Source: Armatimonadota bacterium | GTDB lineage: Bacteria > Armatimonadota > SYMT01 | Direction of reading: 5' to 3' | Length of the DNA: 64,000 bases | Assembly: GCA_041690135.1 (NCBI GenBank) | Contig: JAWLHY010000007.1 | Span: 1 to 64,000 of the forward strand | In this document: positions 18,098-26,832 of the stretch, piece after piece | Numbering within the stretch: the first letter of the stretch is position 1 | How the letters are laid out: each line of letters begins with the position of its first letter | Translations under genes and position numbers: made by a program | Notes under the pieces: model-generated | The model's input: only the letters and a program-made list of their open reading frames with translations | What the model was told of the DNA's origin: nothing | Databases searched by the model: none

Positions 18098-21000
18098 TTG
18101 AAGTCAGGTCCCTCTGTCCATTCGGGCCGCGCGTTTACGCTATTACTTGTAGTACTCGCACTATTCGGCTCTGGTCTCTGTGCCGCTACGGCACAGGCAC
18201 TTCGCGGTGTACGCACGGCGGGCCCCGCCGCGGCGACGCGAAGGTACAGCCAGCCTATCTCCACGCGGGCGCTTTCGGATCTACCCCTCCAGCGCATCAG
18301 CAAGGCAGAAGCGCAGGCCTTTAAGCAGCAGGCGGCTCGTGTCAGCGCCGGCCTTACCACGGCCGCCGCTCCCGCGCCACCCGCTACAAAAGCCCAGTTT
18401 TTTGACCTGACGACCAATCCGCGACCTCCGCAGGTCGGTCCCTCCAGTCTCTGTCAGGAGATTCACCCGAACTGGGCTTGGGACCAGCAATCCATCTTCT
18501 TCGCCTCCAACAACACGGACGCGGTGGGCAATTATGGGGCAACCGCCCCGCCCAGCAACGCCCTCTACCACATCTACCGGATGACCAGCGACGGGGCCTT
18601 CATCCAGCAGATGACGGGCCTTTCCAGCGCGGAAGCCACGGGCAACCAGTTCTATCCCGCCGTCAACCACGCGTTGACCAAGTTGGCTTACGTTCACCGG
18701 GATAACCCTACCCAGCCCTACCAGCTTTACGTTCTGGACATCAGCACCCGGCAGCGCACCCAGCTGACCGGCGTCAACGTGCTGAATAACCCCGTCAACC
18801 TCAACCTGGTCAACATCGAGAAGCCGACCTGGTCGCCCACCGACACCAGCATTGCCTTCGCGGCGCGCGACCGCCGGATCACGGGGGACGTCCGCAACAT
18901 CTATAAAGTGGACCTGGTGACCCGTGTCGTGACGAAGCTGACCAACGGCACGGCGCAGAACGGCGTTGAGTGCATCGATCCGTGCTACTACACGCTCAAC
19001 AACGATCCGCGCTTCCCTGGCACGCAGTCGCCCCGGATTGCCTTCGCTGCGAACGCTCCCTCGGTGAGCGGAGCCACCGGCGACCTGGTGTACACGGCTA
19101 ACCCGTTGCGAAACCTGGACGGTGGGGTCTCCGCGGACGACCTCGACCACAACCTGTTCCACATGCCGGACGCTGGCGCCACCCCCGGTAACCCGATGGG
19201 GCAGATTACCGCCTCCATCGCCGATGACGTTGAGCCCGCCTTCAATCAGAGCCTTTACCCGCCGGGATTCGGGCAGGGTTCATACCATGGTTGGTTGGCC
19301 TTTGCGTCGAAGGGCCGGCCTACCGGCATTACCTCCCGGCCGATCGGCGCATCTTACGACATCTACTTCCTGAACTTCCGGTCCGGCAACGGCGCCGAGG
19401 ACGCGGTCAACAACATCGCCGTCCGGCTGTTCACGCCGGACACCAATGCCGGCGCCGTGCCGTTGGACGAAACCGACGAGCGCTATCCGTCCTGGTCTTC
19501 CGGATTGCCCCCGCAGAACCCGATCGATCGGATCGCTTTCAGCAGCAACCGAAAGAACAACGTCAACGATCTGGCCCGCCCCACCGTGGGTGCGATTGGT
19601 GACACCGACATTTGGTCCGCGGAAGTGACGGACATCACTCCGCCCACTCTCTTCTCGTTCGACGAGCAGAAGGGCGAGATTCTCCACATAGCCAACGCAG
19701 CGCTCCCTAATCAGGGTCGGCGCATCGGCGTGCCCGGAGACACCTTCTACTTCTACGCCCGCTTGGCGGACCTGCAGTACGGCATCGAAAGCGTCTGGCT
19801 GCAGATCAAAGACCCGGATGGACCCAGCACGGACAGCCAGGGCCTCAACCACCGACTCTACGGTGAAGGCACCTTCCCGGCCAACGGCAATTCGCCTGCG
19901 AATAACGTTTACACCGTGCGATGGAACGCGACCCCTGCCCAGACGCACTTCCTGCACATCCCCTGGGAGACTGACTTCGAGGGGATTGGCGTCAGCGATT
20001 ACGCGTATTACGCCGCGCCGGTGAGAACCGACCTGGCGACCGGCATGCGTGCTCGCTTCCCCAGCTACAACCCAGGTGTGGACGACTCGGTCAGTTGGAG
20101 TGGCATCGACAATCGACCCCCTGTCGATCTCAATGGCAATCCTCGCTGGCTCCGACTTCGCGATGATGGCGTCGCTCCCGACCTGGTGCCCGCGGATGGT
20201 ATCTACTCCGCGCAGTGGATTACGCCCAGTGAGCCGAGCGACTATATCGTCGACCTGATTGCCTACGACAAGGCTTTCAACCCGGCTTTTCCGGACGACC
20301 AGCAAAACTGGATCATCTACGACAACATCTGGGGTTTCTCTACCCAAGCTTTCGTCTCCCAGAATCCGGTCCTGTTCGTGGATGACAATGGCGCGGGCCA
20401 GAAATGGCCCCGTGGACTGAAGGGCAGCTTCCGGCGGTTCCCAGAGTTCCGCTACGGTACCGAGTCCGACATCCTCGACCGCCCAGAGCAGTACCTGCCG
20501 CGGGAGGTCGTCGGGGGTCTCCCTCTCCCAGTTCAGGCTCCCGACGCTTCCGCGGTCGGCTTTCAGTCGCAGACCTACCACTTCCTCGACAATGGGGCTG
20601 CATCCAACGACTACATCGACTGGTCGGCTCCCGGAGTCAATCGCGGAGTAAGCCTGCGCCGCTACCGCTATGACATCTGGCGCGTCCTGGCAAAGGGGCC
20701 GGTACCCGAAACCGTCTTCAATGACTACGTCCCCGTTAAGGATGAGCAGCCGCTGAACCAGCAAGGTAGCCAGACTGTGCAGCGGCCCGTTCCTCGTCGT
20801 GCCATCGTCTGGAGTTCGCCCTACACCGGCGACAACTTCATGGGTGCTGGAAGTATTCTGGATCAGGCCACGCAGGAGCAGTTGACCCGATACCGTGATC
20901 GGGCGGGCCGGCTGGTAGTCGCCGGTGGCGACATCATGTGGGCACTAACGGTCAATGGCACCGTCCAGCAGCAATTCGTGCAGTCGGTCCTCGGCGCCAA

Positions 21001-24000
21001 CTTTAACGGCGATGAGACGTACGGCAATGTCAACGACTTTGTGTCCAGTCCGCTAGCGCTCGATATCACGCAGGACGCGGTCAGCCCTGGTGCCCGCAAC
21101 TTCCGTGAGGACCCGACCAACCCCTGGTGGGATCCGTTCGTCGATCCTGATCCGCTCGGGACCGCGACGAGTTACGCATCGCTGAACACCAACCCTTTCA
21201 CTCCCGGCAACTCCCCTTGGACCGCGGGAACAGACGGCACTCCGTTCCGCACTCAAGACGCTCTTACACCGGCGGCAGGATCCACACTGGTCTTCCAGGA
21301 CCGTATGGTTGTCCGCGACGACACGGGTAGCCTCACCGGCACCCAGTCAAAGACCGTCTTCATGTCCTTCAGCCTGGCGAGTATGGGGCGTCGTTACATC
21401 GCAGAGACCGACACTTCACGCCTGCAGTGTATGAACCACCGTGCGAAGATCTCGCATGCGATGTTCTGCTGGATGTTCAGCGCCGATCTCGTTGGACAGG
21501 TGACCAATCTCAACGGCGGCGCTCCCATCTCCGGCGCGTGGGTGCAGGCATATGTCGGCGGCAACCTGGTGGGTGCGGCCTTCTCGCGGGGAGACGGCAC
21601 CTATACCATCCGCGGTTTGCCGGTGGGCGGCTGGACCATCCAGGTGGACAACCCCGGCTTCCTTTCGTTTAACAAGGCGGTCAGCAGCGGTGCCCACGGT
21701 CTCGACCAGTCCCAGCTTGACGTGCTGTTGACACCCGCGGCTCCGGGCTCCATTTCCGGGACCGTTACCGACCTCTTCGGGCAGCCGGTGCCGAATGTGC
21801 GGGTGCGAGCCACACTCGACGCCTCGCCGCTCTATACCGGGCAGACTGAATATTTCGCCACCACCGGAGCCGACGGCACCTACATCATCCCGAGCGCGCC
21901 CGTCGGTTCCTATGAGGTCGTGGTGGAAACACCGCTTCCGGCCGGGTTCAGCAATGCCACGCCATTGTTCAATCCCCCAGTGGTGGTCAATCCGGCGCAG
22001 GACACGCCCAACATCAACTTCCGCCTCGAGGGCGCAGAGGGCACGCTGGAGGTCAGCGTCCGCGAGCAGTTGACCGACGGAACGCGCGGTGGAGCCGTAG
22101 CCGGTGCCGACGTGGCCCTGTTGGATAGCGGCAACCAGGTCATCGGAGCGCCGCTCACCACCAACGCTCAGGGGCTGGTGAACTTCACGACGGTTCCGGC
22201 CGGACCCGTTACTGTCAGCGTCTTCAAGCCGGGCTTCCAGGAAGGCGCGGCGCAGGTCAGCATCCCGCAAGACACGCAGGTTGAAATCCTCATCCCGCGT
22301 GCTGCCCGGCGCGACCTCTACGGCACGCTGGTGCGGCAGCTCGACGGCCAGCCACTGAATGCCACCGACGTAAATGTGCCCATCCAGCTAGACCTGCTCC
22401 GCCGGGTCAGTCAGTTGCCGATCGGGGCCACGGCTACGGCCTTCGCGCCTCCGGCAACCTCCCCCGTTCAGCACAACTATGTGTTCACGGGCGGTCAGGA
22501 CGGGCAGTTCACGGTGGCCCTGCGCGACCACCCGCGCTTCATGGATGTAAGCGTCAACGTCGACATCACCTCGGTGTTGCCGAACGTCGCTCCGCTGATG
22601 CAGCTCACGGGCCGGCCCGGAACCCTTAAGGGCACCGTCCGGGACGACCAGAACGGCACGGCGGGTGCGCCGGTGGCCGGTGCGAGGGTGACGGTTACTT
22701 CCACCGTCCTGAACCCCGGTGCAACCGTCGCCAACTTGACGACCGATGCAAACGGTCAGTTCGTGGCCGGCGACAAAGACAATCCGCTGCAGTCCGACGT
22801 CTACGAGGTCACCGTCTCCAAGTTCGGGCACTCCAGCAAGACACTCACGGGCGTCTTCCTGGCCGGTGACACCGACCTCGGCAACATCCTGCTGGTCCGC
22901 GCGCCGCGCGGCCGGGTCTACGGGCTTGTCGGGCGAAGCAATCCTGGACAGCCTCTGCAGGTTGGGGTGCCTCGCTCGGGAGTGACCGTCGAGTTCTACA
23001 CGGCATCCACCTCGCCGTTCGGCACCCAGAAGGTGACGGAGGTGGTGTCGTTCGAACCGGTCCAGCAGGCCCCGGACGGGCTTTCCATGAACTACACCGC
23101 CGGTGAGACCCTCACCGCGGCCGAGTTCCTGCCCGCCGGCGACTACGACATCCGGGTGATCAGCCCGCGCTTCCAGAGCTTCACCCGCCGCATCACGGTA
23201 TTGCCGAACCAGGCAATCCGAGCGGACCTGGTGCTCACCCCGCTGCCCGGGACGCTGAGTGGTACGGTACGCGAAGATCTGGGCAACGGCGTCTCCGGCC
23301 AGCCGATCGCGGGCGCTCAGGTGCGCATCCTTCTCAACGGCGCGCAGCAGGGCCTGACACTCACCACCGACTCCTCCGGCCGCTACAGCACGAGCCAGAC
23401 GCTGAGCCCGAATAACTACGAGATCGCGGCGACGGCGTTCGGCTTCGTGCCCGGCAGTCAGTCGGTGTTCGTGGAAGGCAACACCACCGCTCCCGACGTG
23501 CTACTCCAGCGCCTACCGCCCACCAACGTGAGAGGAAGCGTGCGGAGCGCTCTCGACAACGCGTTCATTGCGGGTGCCACGGTGGAGTTGTTGCCGAGCA
23601 CCGGTCAGCCTCCGGCAGTGGTCACGGCCATCACTGATGCGTCCAATTCCGCTCCGAACTTCACTCTCGGCCAGGTACCTCCGGGTACCTACCTGTTGCG
23701 TGCAAGCAAGACGGGCTGGAAGACCTCGGCACTTGTTCCACTTACCGTCAACCCCGGAGCGGATACCACCGGTATCAACATCACGCTGCAGCCCGACCAC
23801 ATCTTTGGACGCGGCTTGCTGCTGATCTCGCTCCCCGACGACTATCCGGGCCTGGATGCGGCCGGCCTGTTCAACCAGAGCCAGTCGACCTTCAAATCGG
23901 CTTACTGGTTGACACAGGAGCGCACCTACGCGGTCTACCCGGATCCGCAGGCGGCCGAGTTCCGGCTCGGAAAAGGCATGTTCGTACGCTTCAACAGTCC

Positions 24001-24541
24001 GACGGCGTTCACCCGAACGGGTACCCCAGCCCCGAGCGGGTCGGTATCCATCCCGGTGCGCTCCGGATGGAACCTGATCGGCAGCGTGCGGCGACAGCGG
24101 ATCGAATGGCTGCGGGTCAAAGTCGCCACCGGCGACGGCAGCGTGCGCACCATGCAGCAGGCCATGGACGCCGGCATCATCCAGAACGGCCTCTTCGGGT
24201 TTGTCGATCGCTACCAGCGAAGCGACTACATGGACCCATTTGGGGGCTACTTCATGCGCGCCTTCCAGGACTGCACCCTGATTGTGCCGGCCAACAACCA
24301 GGTCGGATCGATCACGCCGGACGTCCGCCGGAAGGTAGCCATGCACCCGGTACCCACGCCCGAGCAGGTTGCGGCGGAACTCCATGCCGCCGGCCTGGGT
24401 CCGGATCCGCGGTCCCTCCGGGCCCCGATCCAAGAAGTGCCGAATGCCAGGTCCGAGGCCGGGTGGTTCAGTCGCACCCCCCTCGCCTGGCTGATCGGCC
24501 AATTCGTGGAGATGTTCCCGTGGCGCCCCGATATGGGGTAA
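18098..24541 (+). CDS. very large secreted protein: TolB/PD40-like propeller, DDG Ca-binding motif, multiple carboxypeptidase-regulatory-like beta-sandwiches, duplicated C-terminal GWNLIG domain
   Basis: 2147 aa; signal peptide; PTWSPTD, ERYPSWS and RIAFSSNR repeats; LRDDGVAPDLVPADGIYS; repeated 'G.I.G.V.D....P..GA.V' units; GAGGAGG RBS before TTG. Confidence 0.9.
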   Translation: MKSGPSVHSGRAFTLLLVVLALFGSGLCAATAQALRGVRTAGPAAATRRYSQPISTRALSDLPLQRISKAEAQAFKQQAARVSAGLTTAAAPAPPATKAQFFDLTTNPRPPQVGPSSLCQEIHPNWAWDQQSIFFASNNTDAVGNYGATAPPSNALYHIYRMTSDGAFIQQMTGLSSAEATGNQFYPAVNHALTKLAYVHRDNPTQPYQLYVLDISTRQRTQLTGVNVLNNPVNLNLVNIEKPTWSPTDTSIAFAARDRRITGDVRNIYKVDLVTRVVTKLTNGTAQNGVECIDPCYYTLNNDPRFPGTQSPRIAFAANAPSVSGATGDLVYTANPLRNLDGGVSADDLDHNLFHMPDAGATPGNPMGQITASIADDVEPAFNQSLYPPGFGQGSYHGWLAFASKGRPTGITSRPIGASYDIYFLNFRSGNGAEDAVNNIAVRLFTPDTNAGAVPLDETDERYPSWSSGLPPQNPIDRIAFSSNRKNNVNDLARPTVGAIGDTDIWSAEVTDITPPTLFSFDEQKGEILHIANAALPNQGRRIGVPGDTFYFYARLADLQYGIESVWLQIKDPDGPSTDSQGLNHRLYGEGTFPANGNSPANNVYTVRWNATPAQTHFLHIPWETDFEGIGVSDYAYYAAPVRTDLATGMRARFPSYNPGVDDSVSWSGIDNRPPVDLNGNPRWLRLRDDGVAPDLVPADGIYSAQWITPSEPSDYIVDLIAYDKAFNPAFPDDQQNWIIYDNIWGFSTQAFVSQNPVLFVDDNGAGQKWPRGLKGSFRRFPEFRYGTESDILDRPEQYLPREVVGGLPLPVQAPDASAVGFQSQTYHFLDNGAASNDYIDWSAPGVNRGVSLRRYRYDIWRVLAKGPVPETVFNDYVPVKDEQPLNQQGSQTVQRPVPRRAIVWSSPYTGDNFMGAGSILDQATQEQLTRYRDRAGRLVVAGGDIMWALTVNGTVQQQFVQSVLGANFNGDETYGNVNDFVSSPLALDITQDAVSPGARNFREDPTNPWWDPFVDPDPLGTATSYASLNTNPFTPGNSPWTAGTDGTPFRTQDALTPAAGSTLVFQDRMVVRDDTGSLTGTQSKTVFMSFSLASMGRRYIAETDTSRLQCMNHRAKISHAMFCWMFSADLVGQVTNLNGGAPISGAWVQAYVGGNLVGAAFSRGDGTYTIRGLPVGGWTIQVDNPGFLSFNKAVSSGAHGLDQSQLDVLLTPAAPGSISGTVTDLFGQPVPNVRVRATLDASPLYTGQTEYFATTGADGTYIIPSAPVGSYEVVVETPLPAGFSNATPLFNPPVVVNPAQDTPNINFRLEGAEGTLEVSVREQLTDGTRGGAVAGADVALLDSGNQVIGAPLTTNAQGLVNFTTVPAGPVTVSVFKPGFQEGAAQVSIPQDTQVEILIPRAARRDLYGTLVRQLDGQPLNATDVNVPIQLDLLRRVSQLPIGATATAFAPPATSPVQHNYVFTGGQDGQFTVALRDHPRFMDVSVNVDITSVLPNVAPLMQLTGRPGTLKGTVRDDQNGTAGAPVAGARVTVTSTVLNPGATVANLTTDANGQFVAGDKDNPLQSDVYEVTVSKFGHSSKTLTGVFLAGDTDLGNILLVRAPRGRVYGLVGRSNPGQPLQVGVPRSGVTVEFYTASTSPFGTQKVTEVVSFEPVQQAPDGLSMNYTAGETLTAAEFLPAGDYDIRVISPRFQSFTRRITVLPNQAIRADLVLTPLPGTLSGTVREDLGNGVSGQPIAGAQVRILLNGAQQGLTLTTDSSGRYSTSQTLSPNNYEIAATAFGFVPGSQSVFVEGNTTAPDVLLQRLPPTNVRGSVRSALDNAFIAGATVELLPSTGQPPAVVTAITDASNSAPNFTLGQVPPGTYLLRASKTGWKTSALVPLTVNPGADTTGINITLQPDHIFGRGLLLISLPDDYPGLDAAGLFNQSQSTFKSAYWLTQERTYAVYPDPQAAEFRLGKGMFVRFNSPTAFTRTGTPAPSGSVSIPVRSGWNLIGSVRRQRIEWLRVKVATGDGSVRTMQQAMDAGIIQNGLFGFVDRYQRSDYMDPFGGYFMRAFQDCTLIVPANNQVGSITPDVRRKVAMHPVPTPEQVAAELHAAGLGPDPRSLRAPIQEVPNARSEAGWFSRTPLAWLIGQFVEMFPWRPDMG

Positions 24542-24601
24542 TCCGGTCGCTAATTAAAGTCCGAAGCGAGCCAAGCTGATCGCAGAGGAGGAAAACGCAA
24601 A

Positions 24602-26701
24602 GTGAGGTATATGCGCGATCATAACCGTCGCAGGTGGTTAGCACGAGTGCTGACCTTCCTGATGATGGTACCGTACTTGCTCTGGGCTCCGCCCGCGCGG
24701 GCCCAGAGCGCCCCCATCGACGTGTTTGTCTTGGACTTCAACAACAAGACGAACGTTGGGGGGCAACTGTTGGGCAAGCTCGCCGCGGCGCAGGTATCCC
24801 TGCAGCTCTCCGAGTCCACCACCTGGTCGGTGATTGCCGACGCTCAGGTCCAGCGAAGAATTCAAGAGCTCAACCTGCGCCCACCGTTCGACCGGGTCAA
24901 TCGGGTCCAGATCGCCGATGGCGTGGATGCCCAAGCGATCGTTTACGGCAACATCACGCAGGCTCGCGTCACGGGCGGGACCACTCCACAAGCCTATGTG
25001 CGCCTGGAGGTGGTCGTCGAAGATAAGCGGACCGGCGTGCTCATCAACGGAGCAACCACGGACGGACTCAGCACGCCTCGCATGGGATACACCGGCGATG
25101 CGGATATCCTGCTCGAGGAAGCTCTCGGTAAGGCAGCCTACAAGGCTCGTGAGTTCATGGACCGCTTCCGCCTGCCCGAGGGCACGGTCCTCAACACGAC
25201 GGTCGTCGGCAGCGTGGAGAGCCCGGAACTCGATGCTCTTGTGAACATCGGGGCACGCCAGGGCGTGCGCCGCGGGATGGAACTCATCGTCACGCGACAG
25301 CGCGAGCCGGTCGGGCGCGCCAAGATCGTCAGCGTGGACAGCGACATCAGCACCGCGCGGGTGGTCGAGAACATCCAGGGCGTTCGGCCGGAAGACAAAG
25401 TGCGCGCGATCTTCAATTTCGCGGACTTTCCGCTCACCCGAAGCCGGCTGCGGTCGCTCAACTCGTATGAAGATCTGCAGAAGGTCGGCAGCAAGCTGCC
25501 CGGCAGCACCCCGGTAGTCGACGGGGCGACGGCAAAGGAAGCTGCGGACAAGCCGGTTCGAATTGCACAGGCTGACAAAGACGCGAAATTCGTGCCTTTC
25601 CGCGCTCGCGAAGAGGGCGTGCAACTCGCGCAGAACAACGTTCCCGCGCCGCCTCCGGTCGTGGTCGACGAACCCGATCTGGACCGGCCGAGCGCGGAGC
25701 GGTCCGGCCCCTTGGGCGGGATCCTGGGTCGCAACGCCTTCCGCACAGTCGTGGGTGGCCTTCTGCTCGTCGGCATTCTGGCAATCGGCGGGCGGGGCGG
25801 CGCGAACGCAAACCGCGCCTACGACACCACCGCTTTCGCCTACCAGTTCCAGGTCGGCGATACAGGCGCGAAGATTCGGGTTTGCTGGGATCGTCCCAAG
25901 ACGATCCGGAGCAGCCAGATCGTCCAGTATATTCTGTGGCGCCAGGACTCCGTGACCGGCCAACTGCAGATCGTGGGCGTGGCCGACACGGATACACTGC
26001 GATGCATCGTGGACACCGAGGCGACGCGCGACGTCAATGCCTACGATGGGGAGCCGGGTAGTGAAGATGCCGGCGATCGCGATGTGATTCAGAACGTGCC
26101 TGGAATTCAGCCCGGTGTTCAATACCGCTATCAGGTAGCGACCGTTTACCGTTCGGGCGTGGAAGACGTGGATGACGACGACGATGACGACGAAGAAGAG
26201 TTGTTCATGTCGCCGCTGTCGCTGCCTACACCGTTCGTTACCGCGCTTACCCCGCCGGTTATTGCGCGTCCCATTCAAGGCCAGCAAGTTGACCTCAGCG
26301 AGTTGACCGTGGAGTGGCAGCAAACGCCGGGGGCAAACACCTACTTCGTCTGGCTCAGCCGGAATCCGACGTTCCCGCAGAACGGTCGCGTCCGCTTCGG
26401 ACCCTTTACCACCATCCCGGTGGATCAGGGCGGTCCGGACACCGTTACGCAGGTCATCGACGCTCGCGCTAATCGGTTGCTGGGTGCCCAGACCGTCTAT
26501 GTCAGCGTCGGCGCGCGGAATTCGACGGATCCTATTCCACCGAAGCCGTTCGGCGCCATCTTCAGTCCGCCGGTGGCAGTCCAGCCGGAGACCACGCCGC
26601 CGCCGCCGCCTACCCAGCAGAGCGTCCGCCGGCCCGGGAAGAAAGAACCCGGTACCGGAGTTCCAATGCGTCGGGGAGGACGACCGGGCCGTAACAAGTA
26701 A
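24602..26701 (+). CDS. exported CsgG/FlgT-like protein with internal hydrophobic segment and FN3-like C-terminal domains
   Basis: Signal peptide ending ARA|Q; 'VFVLDFNNKT...AIVYGNI...EDKRTG' CsgG/TolB-N-like domain; 'VNIGARQGVRRGMEL...VGRAKIVSV' FlgT-C-like domain; 'PGVQYRYQV' FN3. Confidence 0.8.
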   Translation: MRYMRDHNRRRWLARVLTFLMMVPYLLWAPPARAQSAPIDVFVLDFNNKTNVGGQLLGKLAAAQVSLQLSESTTWSVIADAQVQRRIQELNLRPPFDRVNRVQIADGVDAQAIVYGNITQARVTGGTTPQAYVRLEVVVEDKRTGVLINGATTDGLSTPRMGYTGDADILLEEALGKAAYKAREFMDRFRLPEGTVLNTTVVGSVESPELDALVNIGARQGVRRGMELIVTRQREPVGRAKIVSVDSDISTARVVENIQGVRPEDKVRAIFNFADFPLTRSRLRSLNSYEDLQKVGSKLPGSTPVVDGATAKEAADKPVRIAQADKDAKFVPFRAREEGVQLAQNNVPAPPPVVVDEPDLDRPSAERSGPLGGILGRNAFRTVVGGLLLVGILAIGGRGGANANRAYDTTAFAYQFQVGDTGAKIRVCWDRPKTIRSSQIVQYILWRQDSVTGQLQIVGVADTDTLRCIVDTEATRDVNAYDGEPGSEDAGDRDVIQNVPGIQPGVQYRYQVATVYRSGVEDVDDDDDDDEEELFMSPLSLPTPFVTALTPPVIARPIQGQQVDLSELTVEWQQTPGANTYFVWLSRNPTFPQNGRVRFGPFTTIPVDQGGPDTVTQVIDARANRLLGAQTVYVSVGARNSTDPIPPKPFGAIFSPPVAVQPETTPPPPPTQQSVRRPGKKEPGTGVPMRRGGRPGRNK

Positions 26702-26832
26702 CCTTCCGGATATTAGACAGTCCTATCCGGGGGCTGGGTGGCGGGCGGCCAACGCCGTTCGCGCCCACCCGGCCCCCCACTTTAGTAAGGGTGCAACCTG
26801 GCCCGCGCCACGGTTCAGCCAGGAGTTGCTGG

